A DNA stretch of 24,000 nt from Clostridium sp. CAG:307_30_263. GTDB lineage: Bacteria > Bacillota_I > Bacilli_A > Acholeplasmatales > Anaeroplasmataceae. Positions 16,514-24,000 of the stretch are shown piece by piece. Both the position numbers and the translations under genes were made by a program. The notes under the pieces are model-generated. The model worked only from the letters and a program-made list of their open reading frames with translations, searched no databases and had not been told where the DNA came from. The stretch is taken from contig MNRZ01000001.1 in assembly GCA_001916215.1 (NCBI GenBank), positions 64,541 to 88,540 of the forward strand. The letters run 5' to 3'. The stretch's first letter is position 1, and the number at the start of each line of letters is the position of its first letter.

Positions 16514-18159
16514 TTTTCACTTTGTTTTTTTTGACTTAAATATAATCCTTTATAACCTTTCTTTTTGAGATTAACTAAGAAAAATAATAAGAAGCATAAT
16601 GCCATAATTCCAATTAAAATATTTGAAATACCCATAGAAATACCTGCCGCAGTATAATTTAAACCAATGCTATGACATACTACAAGAGATATGATACGAA
16701 TTCCAATTCGTGAAAAATTTAAAATTGAAGAAAGAAATGTTTTTCCATATCCATAAAGAAGTCCAAGTAAAGCACTTGTAAGTCCAAGGGATGGAATAGA
16801 AAGAGAATCATATACGAATATTTCTTTAATATATAATGACATTTTTTCGGATTCTTTATTTCCAATGCTAAACAAAGCAGTTAATTGATCAATAAAAATA
16901 AAGCGTACACAGATATAGCCAATAAGAGAAATGATTGCTACAATCGCTAAAGTTCTTATAAACGCACTAATTGTACGATCGAGATTTTTGTTGCCAATAT
17001 TTTGACTAACAATTGTCGATTCGCCCTCTTCAAATACATTTGTTGTATTAGTAACTAAACCAGATAAATTGTTTGATACTCCAAGAGCTCCAACAATTAA
17101 GCCGTTAGTAGCTTCACCATAATAGCTTCCACATAAAGCGTTAACGGTTGTTTTGCCTAGACTCATTACAAATTTACCTAAGAAAATAGGAATTGATAAC
17201 TTTAAAATGGGAATAATATATATACTTTGAGGTCGCATATTTTTGAAAGAAATTTGAAGCATATTCTTTTTTGAAAACATTATGAAGCAGCTATAAATAA
17301 ATAATGCTGCTTGGCTAATTATTGTTGCAATCTCTAAATAAATAATTGAATCAACCTTAATACCAAAAACAAATATAACATTAAGAATAAGCTTGATAAT
17401 TAAAACTGTAATATTTAATATTAGTATTTTTTTACTATTTCCTTTTATTTTTTCAAGACCGATGAAGATGTTATTTATAGATACAAAGATTAGTTCAATA
17501 AGGATAAGCCTAAAATATAAAATAACACTATTAGATATTTGAGGGACTTGTGCTATCTTTAAAATAACTGGTGCTAGTGGGACAAGAAGAACTAGTATTA
17601 TTAAAGAGGTTATTATGCTCACTAATATCATATTGCTACCAGTTTTTTTAGCATCTGTTATGTTTGCAGCACCATAATATCTTGATACTAAAACTGCACC
17701 ACCACCAGCAATACCTGCTCCAAAGGCAGATATCATTGATTTTATCTGGGAAATAACCATAATATTTGAAATATTAATTACACCTGATGCATTTGCTGCA
17801 CTTTTTATTCTCGAAGCCATGATTGAGTCAATAAGACTATAAAAAGAGTTAAAAAGTGCATATACAGCAAGTGGAAAACAAATAATTATGATTGCCTGGG
17901 TAATGTTTCCATAAAGGATTTGGTGGCGCTTGTGTTTCTCTTTTATAATTGCTCGTTTAACTTTAGCCTCATTACCTTGTTCATTATAGGTTTCAGAAAG
18001 CTTTTGATAAAGTGTTATTTTTTCTTTTAACTTATTTATTTTGTATTCGTCTAGATTATTTTTCTTCTCTTTTGCTTCTAATTTGACCACTTTTTGTTGC
18101 CAAGTAGTAATTTTTTTAAAAATTTTAGCGATTTTTTTAGTATTCTTTGTTGTATCCAT
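16510..18159 (-). CDS. MATE-family efflux transporter with a Lys-rich N-terminal extension
   Basis: 12-TM MATE-like body starting FPLAVYALFNSFYSLIDSIMASRI. About 85 N-terminal residues are K/E-rich. The preferred start is the ATG at 18159, after GGTGA. The track start at 18228 has no RBS. Confidence 0.75.
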   Translation of the reverse strand: MDTTKNTKKIAKIFKKITTWQQKVVKLEAKEKKNNLDEYKINKLKEKITLYQKLSETYNEQGNEAKVKRAIIKEKHKRHQILYGNITQAIIIICFPLAVYALFNSFYSLIDSIMASRIKSAANASGVINISNIMVISQIKSMISAFGAGIAGGGAVLVSRYYGAANITDAKKTGSNMILVSIITSLIILVLLVPLAPVILKIAQVPQISNSVILYFRLILIELIFVSINNIFIGLEKIKGNSKKILILNITVLIIKLILNVIFVFGIKVDSIIYLEIATIISQAALFIYSCFIMFSKKNMLQISFKNMRPQSIYIIPILKLSIPIFLGKFVMSLGKTTVNALCGSYYGEATNGLIVGALGVSNNLSGLVTNTTNVFEEGESTIVSQNIGNKNLDRTISAFIRTLAIVAIISLIGYICVRFIFIDQLTALFSIGNKESEKMSLYIKEIFVYDSLSIPSLGLTSALLGLLYGYGKTFLSSILNFSRIGIRIISLVVCHSIGLNYTAAGISMGISNILIGIMALCFLLFFLVNLKKKGYKGLYLSQKKQSEN

Positions 18160-18273
18160 TATATCACCAATAGAAGTATACCTTATAAATTTTATTTCTT
18201 TAGGAAAAATACACACAAAATTAGACAAAATAATGTATAATTAACATATATAATTATAGCAAATGGTGATTGA

Positions 18274-18753
18274 ATGAAAAAATATACACGTAAAATAATA
18301 TTTGGAATTTTAATAGTTTCTTGGATGATTATTATTTTTTTGTTTTCTAATCAAAATGGTGATTTATCAGCAAGTAAAAGTCAAAAAATTGTTAATATGA
18401 TTATTAAAATTTTTGTTAAGGATTTTGATTCATATTCTTCAATTAGGCAAAAAGAATTATTAAGTAAATTGAGTTTTTTAATTCGTAAATGTGCTCATAT
18501 GACTGAGTATGCAATTTTAGCATTGCTTGTTTTCTTTTTTTTAACAGATAGTCTGAAATTATTTAGATATATTATTCCTATTATTATATGCTTTATTTAT
18601 GCATGCAGTGATGAATTCCATCAATCTTTTGTTGGTGGTAGAGGTCCAAGCTTTAAGGATGTTTTGATTGATACTTTAGGGTCAATATTAATAATTGTAT
18701 GTTTATTTGTTTTCTTTTTTATACGAAAAAAACTTATAATAAGGAAAAAATGA
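18274..18753 (+). CDS. VanZ-family membrane protein
   Basis: RKCAHMTEYAILALL and SDEFHQSFVGGRGPSFKDVLIDTLG match the VanZ-like signature. Confidence 0.8.
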   Translation: MKKYTRKIIFGILIVSWMIIIFLFSNQNGDLSASKSQKIVNMIIKIFVKDFDSYSSIRQKELLSKLSFLIRKCAHMTEYAILALLVFFFLTDSLKLFRYIIPIIICFIYACSDEFHQSFVGGRGPSFKDVLIDTLGSILIIVCLFVFFFIRKKLIIRKK

Positions 18754-18901
18754 AAACCCTACTTTACATTAAATAAAAATAATTTTTTTAATTTAAGTCT
18801 TTATATTGATTTATTTTTAAAAAAACTATAAAATAAAATTAGTATAAGGGATATTAATTAGTTTTTTGAGTTAGATAATACATGATAAGAAGGAATATAT
18901 A

Positions 18902-19762
18902 ATGAATAAAATAATGATTGTAACCGATTCATGTTCGGACATTAGAAATGATGATATCGCAAGATATGATGTTGAAGTAATTCCAATGAATGTTACTTTT
19001 GGTGATGAAAATTATCAAGAAGGAATTAACATTTCAGTTGAGGAATTTTATAAAAAATTAACAGCTTCACGAGTTTTTCCCAAAACAAGTCAACCTTCGC
19101 CAGAATTATTTGAGAATGTTTTTTTACGAGCAAAGGAAGAACAAAGAGAGGTTCTTGTACTTTGTATTTCTTCAGGACTTTCAGGAACTATTCAATCAGC
19201 AAATTTAGCTGCATCTTTGGCTGAATATGAGGATCATATTCATATTGTAGATACAATAAATTGTCTAACAGGATTAAGGCTTTTAATTAAGGAGGCTTGT
19301 AAGTTACGTGATGAAGGTAAAAGCGTTGATGAAATAATTAATGTTCTTGAAGACATTAAGCATCGTATTAGATATTTCTCAATATGTAATACACTTGAAT
19401 ATTTTCATAAGGGTGGAAGGTTATCTTTCACAAAACTTATTATTGGCTCTTTAGTGGGATTAAAACCTTTTATCGATCTTGATTCCAATGGAAAGATAAG
19501 ACAATTTGGTCAAGCTTTAGGAATGAATCGCTCTTTAAAAGCTGCTCAGGAATATATTAAGAAAAATGAACGTGATGAAGCATATGGTGTTACATATGGA
19601 TTTACAGCTACAGAAGATAATATGATGCGTTTGTTTGAAAAAACAAAGGATTTACTTAATGTAGAAGAAATAGACTATGCTGAAATCGGTGCTGCATCTG
19701 GCTCTCATATCGGACCTGATGCTTCTTGTGTATGTTATGTTGCAAAGGAGCCTAGAAAATAA
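18902..19762 (+). CDS. DegV-family fatty-acid-binding protein
   Basis: IMIVTDSCSDI...TSQPSP...SSGLSGT..., a typical DegV pattern in 286 aa. Confidence 0.9.
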   Translation: MNKIMIVTDSCSDIRNDDIARYDVEVIPMNVTFGDENYQEGINISVEEFYKKLTASRVFPKTSQPSPELFENVFLRAKEEQREVLVLCISSGLSGTIQSANLAASLAEYEDHIHIVDTINCLTGLRLLIKEACKLRDEGKSVDEIINVLEDIKHRIRYFSICNTLEYFHKGGRLSFTKLIIGSLVGLKPFIDLDSNGKIRQFGQALGMNRSLKAAQEYIKKNERDEAYGVTYGFTATEDNMMRLFEKTKDLLNVEEIDYAEIGAASGSHIGPDASCVCYVAKEPRK

Positions 19763-20061
19763 TGCTATTTTACTCAACTGTTGCCATTGTTATTGGTACT
19801 TTATTAGGGGGAATAGGATTGTTTTATATTATTAGAAAAGAAAATGGATTAAAAAACTTGAAAAAAGCTAAGCTATCTAATCCAAGATTATATATTAATA
19901 TTATTTCGTTTGTAATGTTATTTATTGGTGTGGCATTAATTGCTAGTGGTGTCTTATCGTTTATTTATTCACATGATTTAATCTTCTCAATAATATTTAC
20001 AGCATTAATTGCTTTATATTTATTAATTGACTTTATTTTACAAAAAAAATTAAAAAATTAA
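19762..20061 (+). CDS. Small membrane protein (3 predicted TM segments), function unknown
   Basis: The start overlaps the degV stop (TAATG). The sequence is hydrophobic. Confidence 0.5.
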   Translation: MLFYSTVAIVIGTLLGGIGLFYIIRKENGLKNLKKAKLSNPRLYINIISFVMLFIGVALIASGVLSFIYSHDLIFSIIFTALIALYLLIDFILQKKLKN

Positions 20062-21025
20062 AACTTTGGAATCACATTTTTGAGGTGATTCTTTTTTAAT
20101 ATTTTAAAGCATAAAATCATGATAATAGTTAGGAAACCTAAAAAATAATTATAATATAAAATAACGACTATTATGCCACTAATTAATCCAATGATACTTC
20201 GTTTTAGAAGAAAAGATGTGTAATTTAAATAATTTGTAACACTTATGATTTGTAGGTGAATTGATATACCTAAAAAAGCATTGAAAAAGCAATATAAAAA
20301 AATATTTATAATACGATTAAAAGAAAAATAGAATCTTGTAGCTACTGTCATATCTAAAATATTTGAAAGGAAAAAAGAGTATGCTTGATTTATATTAAAA
20401 AATTGAACTAAAAAAGAGGCTATAATATCAAAAAAGAAAACAAAAGAAAATATTTTAATTAAAATTTCAAAGGATTCATTTATAATATTAGTTAAATTAA
20501 TGGGATAATCGGAAAAATAGAGTGATTCATTTTTTGTTTTTTCTGAGGCTTTATAAGGAAAAGAATGGGAATTATGTAAGTAACAATGATAATAAGCCAA
20601 ATATCAGTTTTAAAAAAAATAATAGAGGATTTATATAGATATAAAAATGATGAGAAGCATAAAGATGTACTTAGTCTGTTGGCTTCATACTTAGATATTT
20701 TATTTTTCTTATATAAATTATTAATTAAAATATGTGATGTCGGATTTCCACTTAAAAAAGAGAATAAAAATACGAAAACTTCATCTAGAACTACGAATCC
20801 AAAAACTTTCATAAAAAAAGGCGATATAAATTTAATAATTTTTTTGATATATTTATTTTCTTGCAATATTTTAGAAATGATTAACATCATAAATAATGAC
20901 GGTATTAAAATGTATACAAAGGTATCTACAGTAAAAAGAAAGGATTTAACTACTAAATTAGAATATTTAATACTTAAAAATGCAACAAATAAAGTTAAAA
21001 TTAGTATAAAAATAATATCACCCAT
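20058..21025 (-). pseudogene. YlbJ-like / nucleoside-recognition (Gate) domain membrane protein, split by a frameshift
   Basis: Two overlapping minus-strand ORFs (20492..21025 and 20058..20600) read as one membrane protein. The N-terminal part includes ...FLSGNPTSHILINNLY.... The frames swap inside T6-G-T6 at 20530-20542. The total of 968 nt is not a multiple of 3. Its position upstream of DUF177-rpmF matches the Bacillus ylbJ neighbourhood. Confidence 0.55.
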
Positions 21026-21086
21026 TTAAATTTAATACTAAAAAACAAAAAATATGATAAAATAAAAAAAGAAAGGGGATATAACT

Positions 21087-21968
21087 ATGATACGTAAACT
21101 TATTAAATATTTCAAATCAAAAAAAGCTTTAAGTTCATATTTATATGGTGATGTGATTTGGTGTAAAATAAAACAATATGGTGAACAATTTAAATTTATA
21201 GATAATCATCAAATTAGACCCTTTTTATTTGTTAAATATGAAAAAAGAAGAATATATGGATATACACTTACCCATACTGTTCCTAGTAAAAATACGCTAG
21301 CTTATCCACTTAAAAGTCATGATGGGGATTATGCTCTATTAATGTGTTTATTTGAACTTAAAACAAGCTCATTTGAAGGATTCTCAGAGCATCTTGATGA
21401 AAATGATTTATCTAATATTTCAAAAATTATTTATAATATGCATGATGATAAAATAATAAAAGAGCAAATTCTGAATACCATAAAGCTTGATGTTAATGAT
21501 ATTGTTCTATATAATGGTCAAAAGTATTTAGTATATGCTATTGATGCTAAAAGATTAACACTTTATAAACTTTTAAAGGATAAAAATGAAATTAAAATTA
21601 TTCATAATAAAAATGTTTATTATCTTGAAAATAAAGCAATAATAGCAGATATTAATGATGTTATATTTAGTGATAAATTTAATGAGGATATTAGAAGCCT
21701 ATTAAAAAATGCAAGAAAAGAAAACAAGGCCCAGAATAAAATTAATAAAAATATTTTTTATCCTGGAGATATCTATAAAACTGGGAGTGGAAGATACTTA
21801 GTTCTTGAGGTAAATGGGGATAAGCTTTTGGTTACTAAGTATGGAAATCCTGATTATGTAGTAAAAAATACAACAGCAGTTGGAAAACAAAAAATAGATT
21901 CCATTTCAGAAGAAAGTCTTAACGAATTTAAAATAAAGCTATCTAAAATAGCAGAAGTTTTTGGCTAA
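21087..21968 (+). CDS. Hypothetical protein with three related SH3/PemK-like beta modules
   Basis: GGGGA RBS lies before the ATG. Three modules recur: GDVIWCKI...RPFLFV, NDIVLYNGQKYLVYAIDAKRLTLYKL and PGDIYKTGSGRYLVLEVNGDKLLVTKYG. Confidence 0.55.
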   Translation: MIRKLIKYFKSKKALSSYLYGDVIWCKIKQYGEQFKFIDNHQIRPFLFVKYEKRRIYGYTLTHTVPSKNTLAYPLKSHDGDYALLMCLFELKTSSFEGFSEHLDENDLSNISKIIYNMHDDKIIKEQILNTIKLDVNDIVLYNGQKYLVYAIDAKRLTLYKLLKDKNEIKIIHNKNVYYLENKAIIADINDVIFSDKFNEDIRSLLKNARKENKAQNKINKNIFYPGDIYKTGSGRYLVLEVNGDKLLVTKYGNPDYVVKNTTAVGKQKIDSISEESLNEFKIKLSKIAEVFG

Positions 21969-22010
21969 ATAAAAAATGATTTTTTAGAAGCAAAAAAAGT
22001 ATAAAAATAC

Positions 22011-22039
22011 TTGACTTTTATATTAGTAGTCTTTATAAT
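22011..22039 (+). promoter_or_regulatory. Strong sigma-A-type promoter for DUF177-rpmF
   Basis: TTGACT (22011-22016), a 17-nt spacer, then TATAAT (22034-22039). Confidence 0.65.
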
Positions 22040-22059
22040 TAGAATGCTAGGGTGATTTT

Positions 22060-22527
22060 ATGCGTTATACATTAGCTCAATTAAGAAAAATGCAGTTTCC
22101 ACACAAGGAAGAATGCGAATATGATTTTAATGAAGAATTAGATGGCTTTGAAGATGTTAAATCATCAGATAGAGCCAAAGTAATAGAAACCATTGCAAAC
22201 ATAGGACCTGATTCTTATAAGGTCGATCTTGATATTGAAATCAATCTTATGCTTGAGTGTGCTGTTACGCTTGAAGTATTACCTTACAAAATTAAAACTA
22301 AGGCTAGTGAATATTATACTTTTGATAAAGAAACTTATGACAACGGAGACTTTATCTTAGTAGAAGGACAAACTCTTGATACGAGAGAAGAGGTATTGTC
22401 AGAAATTCTAATTGAAAAGCCAATGAAATTTGTTAAGAATGGCGTTTCTTTTCAAGATGAAATTGATGATGAACCAAAAGAAAAAATTAATCCTGCATTT
22501 GCTGGGCTTAAAGATTTATTAAAATAA
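22060..22527 (+). CDS. DUF177 (YceD/YlbN) family protein
   Basis: Acidic 155-aa protein immediately upstream of rpmF, the conserved gene pair. It has a ...LECAVTLEVLPYKI... block. Confidence 0.8.
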   Translation: MRYTLAQLRKMQFPHKEECEYDFNEELDGFEDVKSSDRAKVIETIANIGPDSYKVDLDIEINLMLECAVTLEVLPYKIKTKASEYYTFDKETYDNGDFILVEGQTLDTREEVLSEILIEKPMKFVKNGVSFQDEIDDEPKEKINPAFAGLKDLLK

Positions 22528-22542
22528 TTAGGAGGTGTAATT

Positions 22543-22740
22543 ATGGCAATTGTTCCATTCCGTCGTGTTTCAAAGACTAAGAAGAGACAAAGAAATTCAC
22601 ATTCTGCTTTAACAGTTCCAGGTATGATTGTATGTCCTAACTGTGGTGAATTAACATTATCTCACCGTGCTTGTGCAAATTGTGGTTACTACAAGGGTAA
22701 GCAAGTCGTAGCTAGTAAGAGTTCAGAAAAATCTGAATAA
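22543..22740 (+). CDS. rpmF: 50S ribosomal protein L32 (zinc-ribbon form)
   Basis: [20 protein letters not shown]...CPNCGE...CANCGYY. GGAGG RBS lies at 22530-22534. Confidence 0.95.
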   Translation: MAIVPFRRVSKTKKRQRNSHSALTVPGMIVCPNCGELTLSHRACANCGYYKGKQVVASKSSEKSE

Positions 22741-22747
22741 TTAATAG

Positions 22748-22780
22748 AAATAGATGCTAAAGGCATCTATTTTCTATTTT
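22748..22780 (+). terminator. Rho-independent terminator after rpmF
   Basis: AAATAGATGC (22748-22757) pairs with GCATCTATTT (22763-22772). The tail is T-rich. Confidence 0.7.
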
Positions 22781-22802
22781 ATGCGGAATTTAAAAGAAAA
22801 TA

Positions 22803-22811
22803 TGGTATAAT
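22803..22811 (+). promoter_or_regulatory. Extended -10 element upstream of rsmH
   Basis: TGgTATAAT at 22803-22811. There is no clear -35 element. Confidence 0.45.
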
Positions 22812-22824
22812 AGCTTGAGGTGTT

Positions 22825-23751
22825 ATGATGTCAAAACATATTACGGTTTTAAAAGAAGAGGCAGTTGATGCCCTAAATATTAAAGATGATGGAATTTATG
22901 TTGACGCTACTTTAGGTGGCGGGGGGCATTCATCATTAATATTGTCAAAACTAAAAAAAGGGCATTTATATTCTTTTGATCAAGATGATTATGCTATTTC
23001 ACGTGCAAAGGAAAAATTGGATACAGTTGGTAATAATTATACTATTATAAAAAGTAATTTTGTTAATTTAAAGGAACGTCTTAACGAACTTGGTGTATAC
23101 CATATTGATGGTATTTTATATGATTTGGGTGTCTCATCTTTTCAATTTGATATGGAAGAAAGAGGATTTTCATATCGTTTAGATGGTCCTCTTGATATGA
23201 GAATGAATCAAAATCAAGAGCTTAGCGCTAAAACGATTGTTAATGAATGGCCAGTATCAAAACTTATTGAGATCTTTTATCGCTATGGTGAGGAAAAATT
23301 TGCAAAGCAAATTGCTTTTCAAATTGATAAGGTAAGACATGAAAAGGAAATTTCCACAACATTTGAGCTTGTTGATATTATTAAATCGGCTTTACCTCAA
23401 AAGGTTTTAAAGCAAAAGGGACATCCTGCTAAACAAGTTTTTCAGGCTTTAAGAGTAGCTGTAAATGACGAGCTTACTGTTTTTGAAAAGTCATTGCTTG
23501 ATGCACTTGATATGCTAAATTCAGATGGAAGAGCGGTTGTAATAACCTTCCAATCCCTTGAAGACAGGATTTGTAAATCTATTTTTAAGGAAAAATCAAC
23601 ACTTGATATCCCTGAAGGGTTACCAGTTATAATAAAGGAAGAAGCTCCTTTTGAACTTATTTCAAGAAAACCTATATTACCATCTGAAGAAGAGTTAAAT
23701 AACAATAATCGTTCACATAGTGCTAAAATGAGAATTCTAAGAAAGCGTTAA
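22825..23751 (+). CDS. rsmH: 16S rRNA (cytosine1402-N4)-methyltransferase
   Basis: [13 protein letters not shown]...[12 protein letters not shown]...[10 protein letters not shown]...GFSYR...DMRM, the canonical RsmH/MraW motifs. Confidence 0.95.
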   Translation: MMSKHITVLKEEAVDALNIKDDGIYVDATLGGGGHSSLILSKLKKGHLYSFDQDDYAISRAKEKLDTVGNNYTIIKSNFVNLKERLNELGVYHIDGILYDLGVSSFQFDMEERGFSYRLDGPLDMRMNQNQELSAKTIVNEWPVSKLIEIFYRYGEEKFAKQIAFQIDKVRHEKEISTTFELVDIIKSALPQKVLKQKGHPAKQVFQALRVAVNDELTVFEKSLLDALDMLNSDGRAVVITFQSLEDRICKSIFKEKSTLDIPEGLPVIIKEEAPFELISRKPILPSEEELNNNNRSHSAKMRILRKR

Positions 23752-23754
23752 AAA

Positions 23755-23786
23755 AGCCCAACATTAGTGTTGGACTCTTTTATTTT
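23755..23786. terminator. Bidirectional terminator between rsmH and the convergent gene
   Basis: AGCCCAACA (23755-23763) pairs with TGTTGGACT (23768-23776), one mismatch. An A-run lies upstream and T-rich sequence downstream. Confidence 0.55.
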
Positions 23787-24000
23787 GTTTGATTAAATTT
23801 TTCAATTGATGGTCTTATTCTGTCATATACTAGGGCACAAATAAATACACTAAGAATATCTTTAATTAAAAATGGTGATAAGCCATTAGCGATAATATAA
23901 GAAAACGATTTTGAAGCGCCCATATAGCAATTTAAAATGATTGCCATATAAATTAAACCAACGATATCAATAACTGCAAGACCTAATAAGCCTCTAATAA
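23780..24000 (-). CDS. BioY-like biotin transporter S-component, 3' part only (5' end off-window)
   Basis: The minus-strand frame reads ...GLLGLAVIDIVGLIYMAIILNCYMGASKSFSYIIANGLSPFLIKDILSVFICALVYDRIRPSIEKFNQTK*. The PF(L/I)xxDxxK block near the C-terminus resembles BioY. The fragment is short, so the call is tentative. Confidence 0.45.
   Translation of the reverse strand, partial: IRGLLGLAVIDIVGLIYMAIILNCYMGASKSFSYIIANGLSPFLIKDILSVFICALVYDRIRPSIEKFNQTK

Noticed and set aside
18041-18244. ORF 18041..18244 (+)
   Set aside because: It lies antisense to the 5' end of the MATE gene and has no RBS.
20586-21029. ORF 20586..21029 (+), 147 aa
   Set aside because: It lies antisense to the YlbJ-like gene. 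The Lys/Ile-rich low-complexity translation is typical of shadow frames.
23442-23705. ORF 23442..23705 (-)
   Set aside because: It lies antisense within rsmH.
1-24000. CRISPR arrays, rRNA genes, IS transposases
   Set aside because: I saw no regularly spaced short repeats, no rRNA-like conserved blocks and no DDE transposase motifs on either strand.

Overview
Very AT-rich, Bacillota-like DNA read with the standard bacterial code (long ORFs are intact and Trp is TGG). I cannot place it more precisely from sequence alone. The window has two parts. Part A (about 1-10000) is an accessory mosaic. It holds the 3' end of a large serine recombinase gene (start off-window), a small HTH/zinc-ribbon gene, and a Hin/resolvase-type small serine recombinase with a TGATA/TATCA-rich upstream region. 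Next is a type IIS-like R-M operon: a frameshifted XRE controller, a FokI/LlaI-style twin-domain N6-adenine methyltransferase, and an HNH endonuclease. Last is a visibly GC-richer four-gene operon: a DUF5131/Gp37-Gp68-like CX3CX2C protein, MarR, an SPL/COG1533-type radical SAM protein, and a frameshifted NifX-like gene. This operon is bracketed by two direct repeats of about 170-185 bp. The repeats carry an 11-mer, TATCAAAAGCA, that also occurs upstream of the small recombinase gene. Part B (about 10000-24000) looks like chromosomal backbone. It holds a lipoprotein, a zinc-ribbon membrane protein with an in-frame TGA, the YjjI/YjjW orphan glycyl-radical enzyme and activase pair, and PAP2 phosphatase plus a large polytopic membrane protein. 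It also holds a MATE transporter, VanZ, DegV, a frameshifted YlbJ-like gene, a repeat-containing hypothetical protein, DUF177-rpmF, rsmH and the 3' end of a BioY-like gene. No rRNA, tRNA or CRISPR array was found. My best candidate for something new is the repeat-flanked Fe-S/radical-SAM cassette and its possible link to the nearby serine recombinase. All family calls rest on motifs read by eye; no database search was run.
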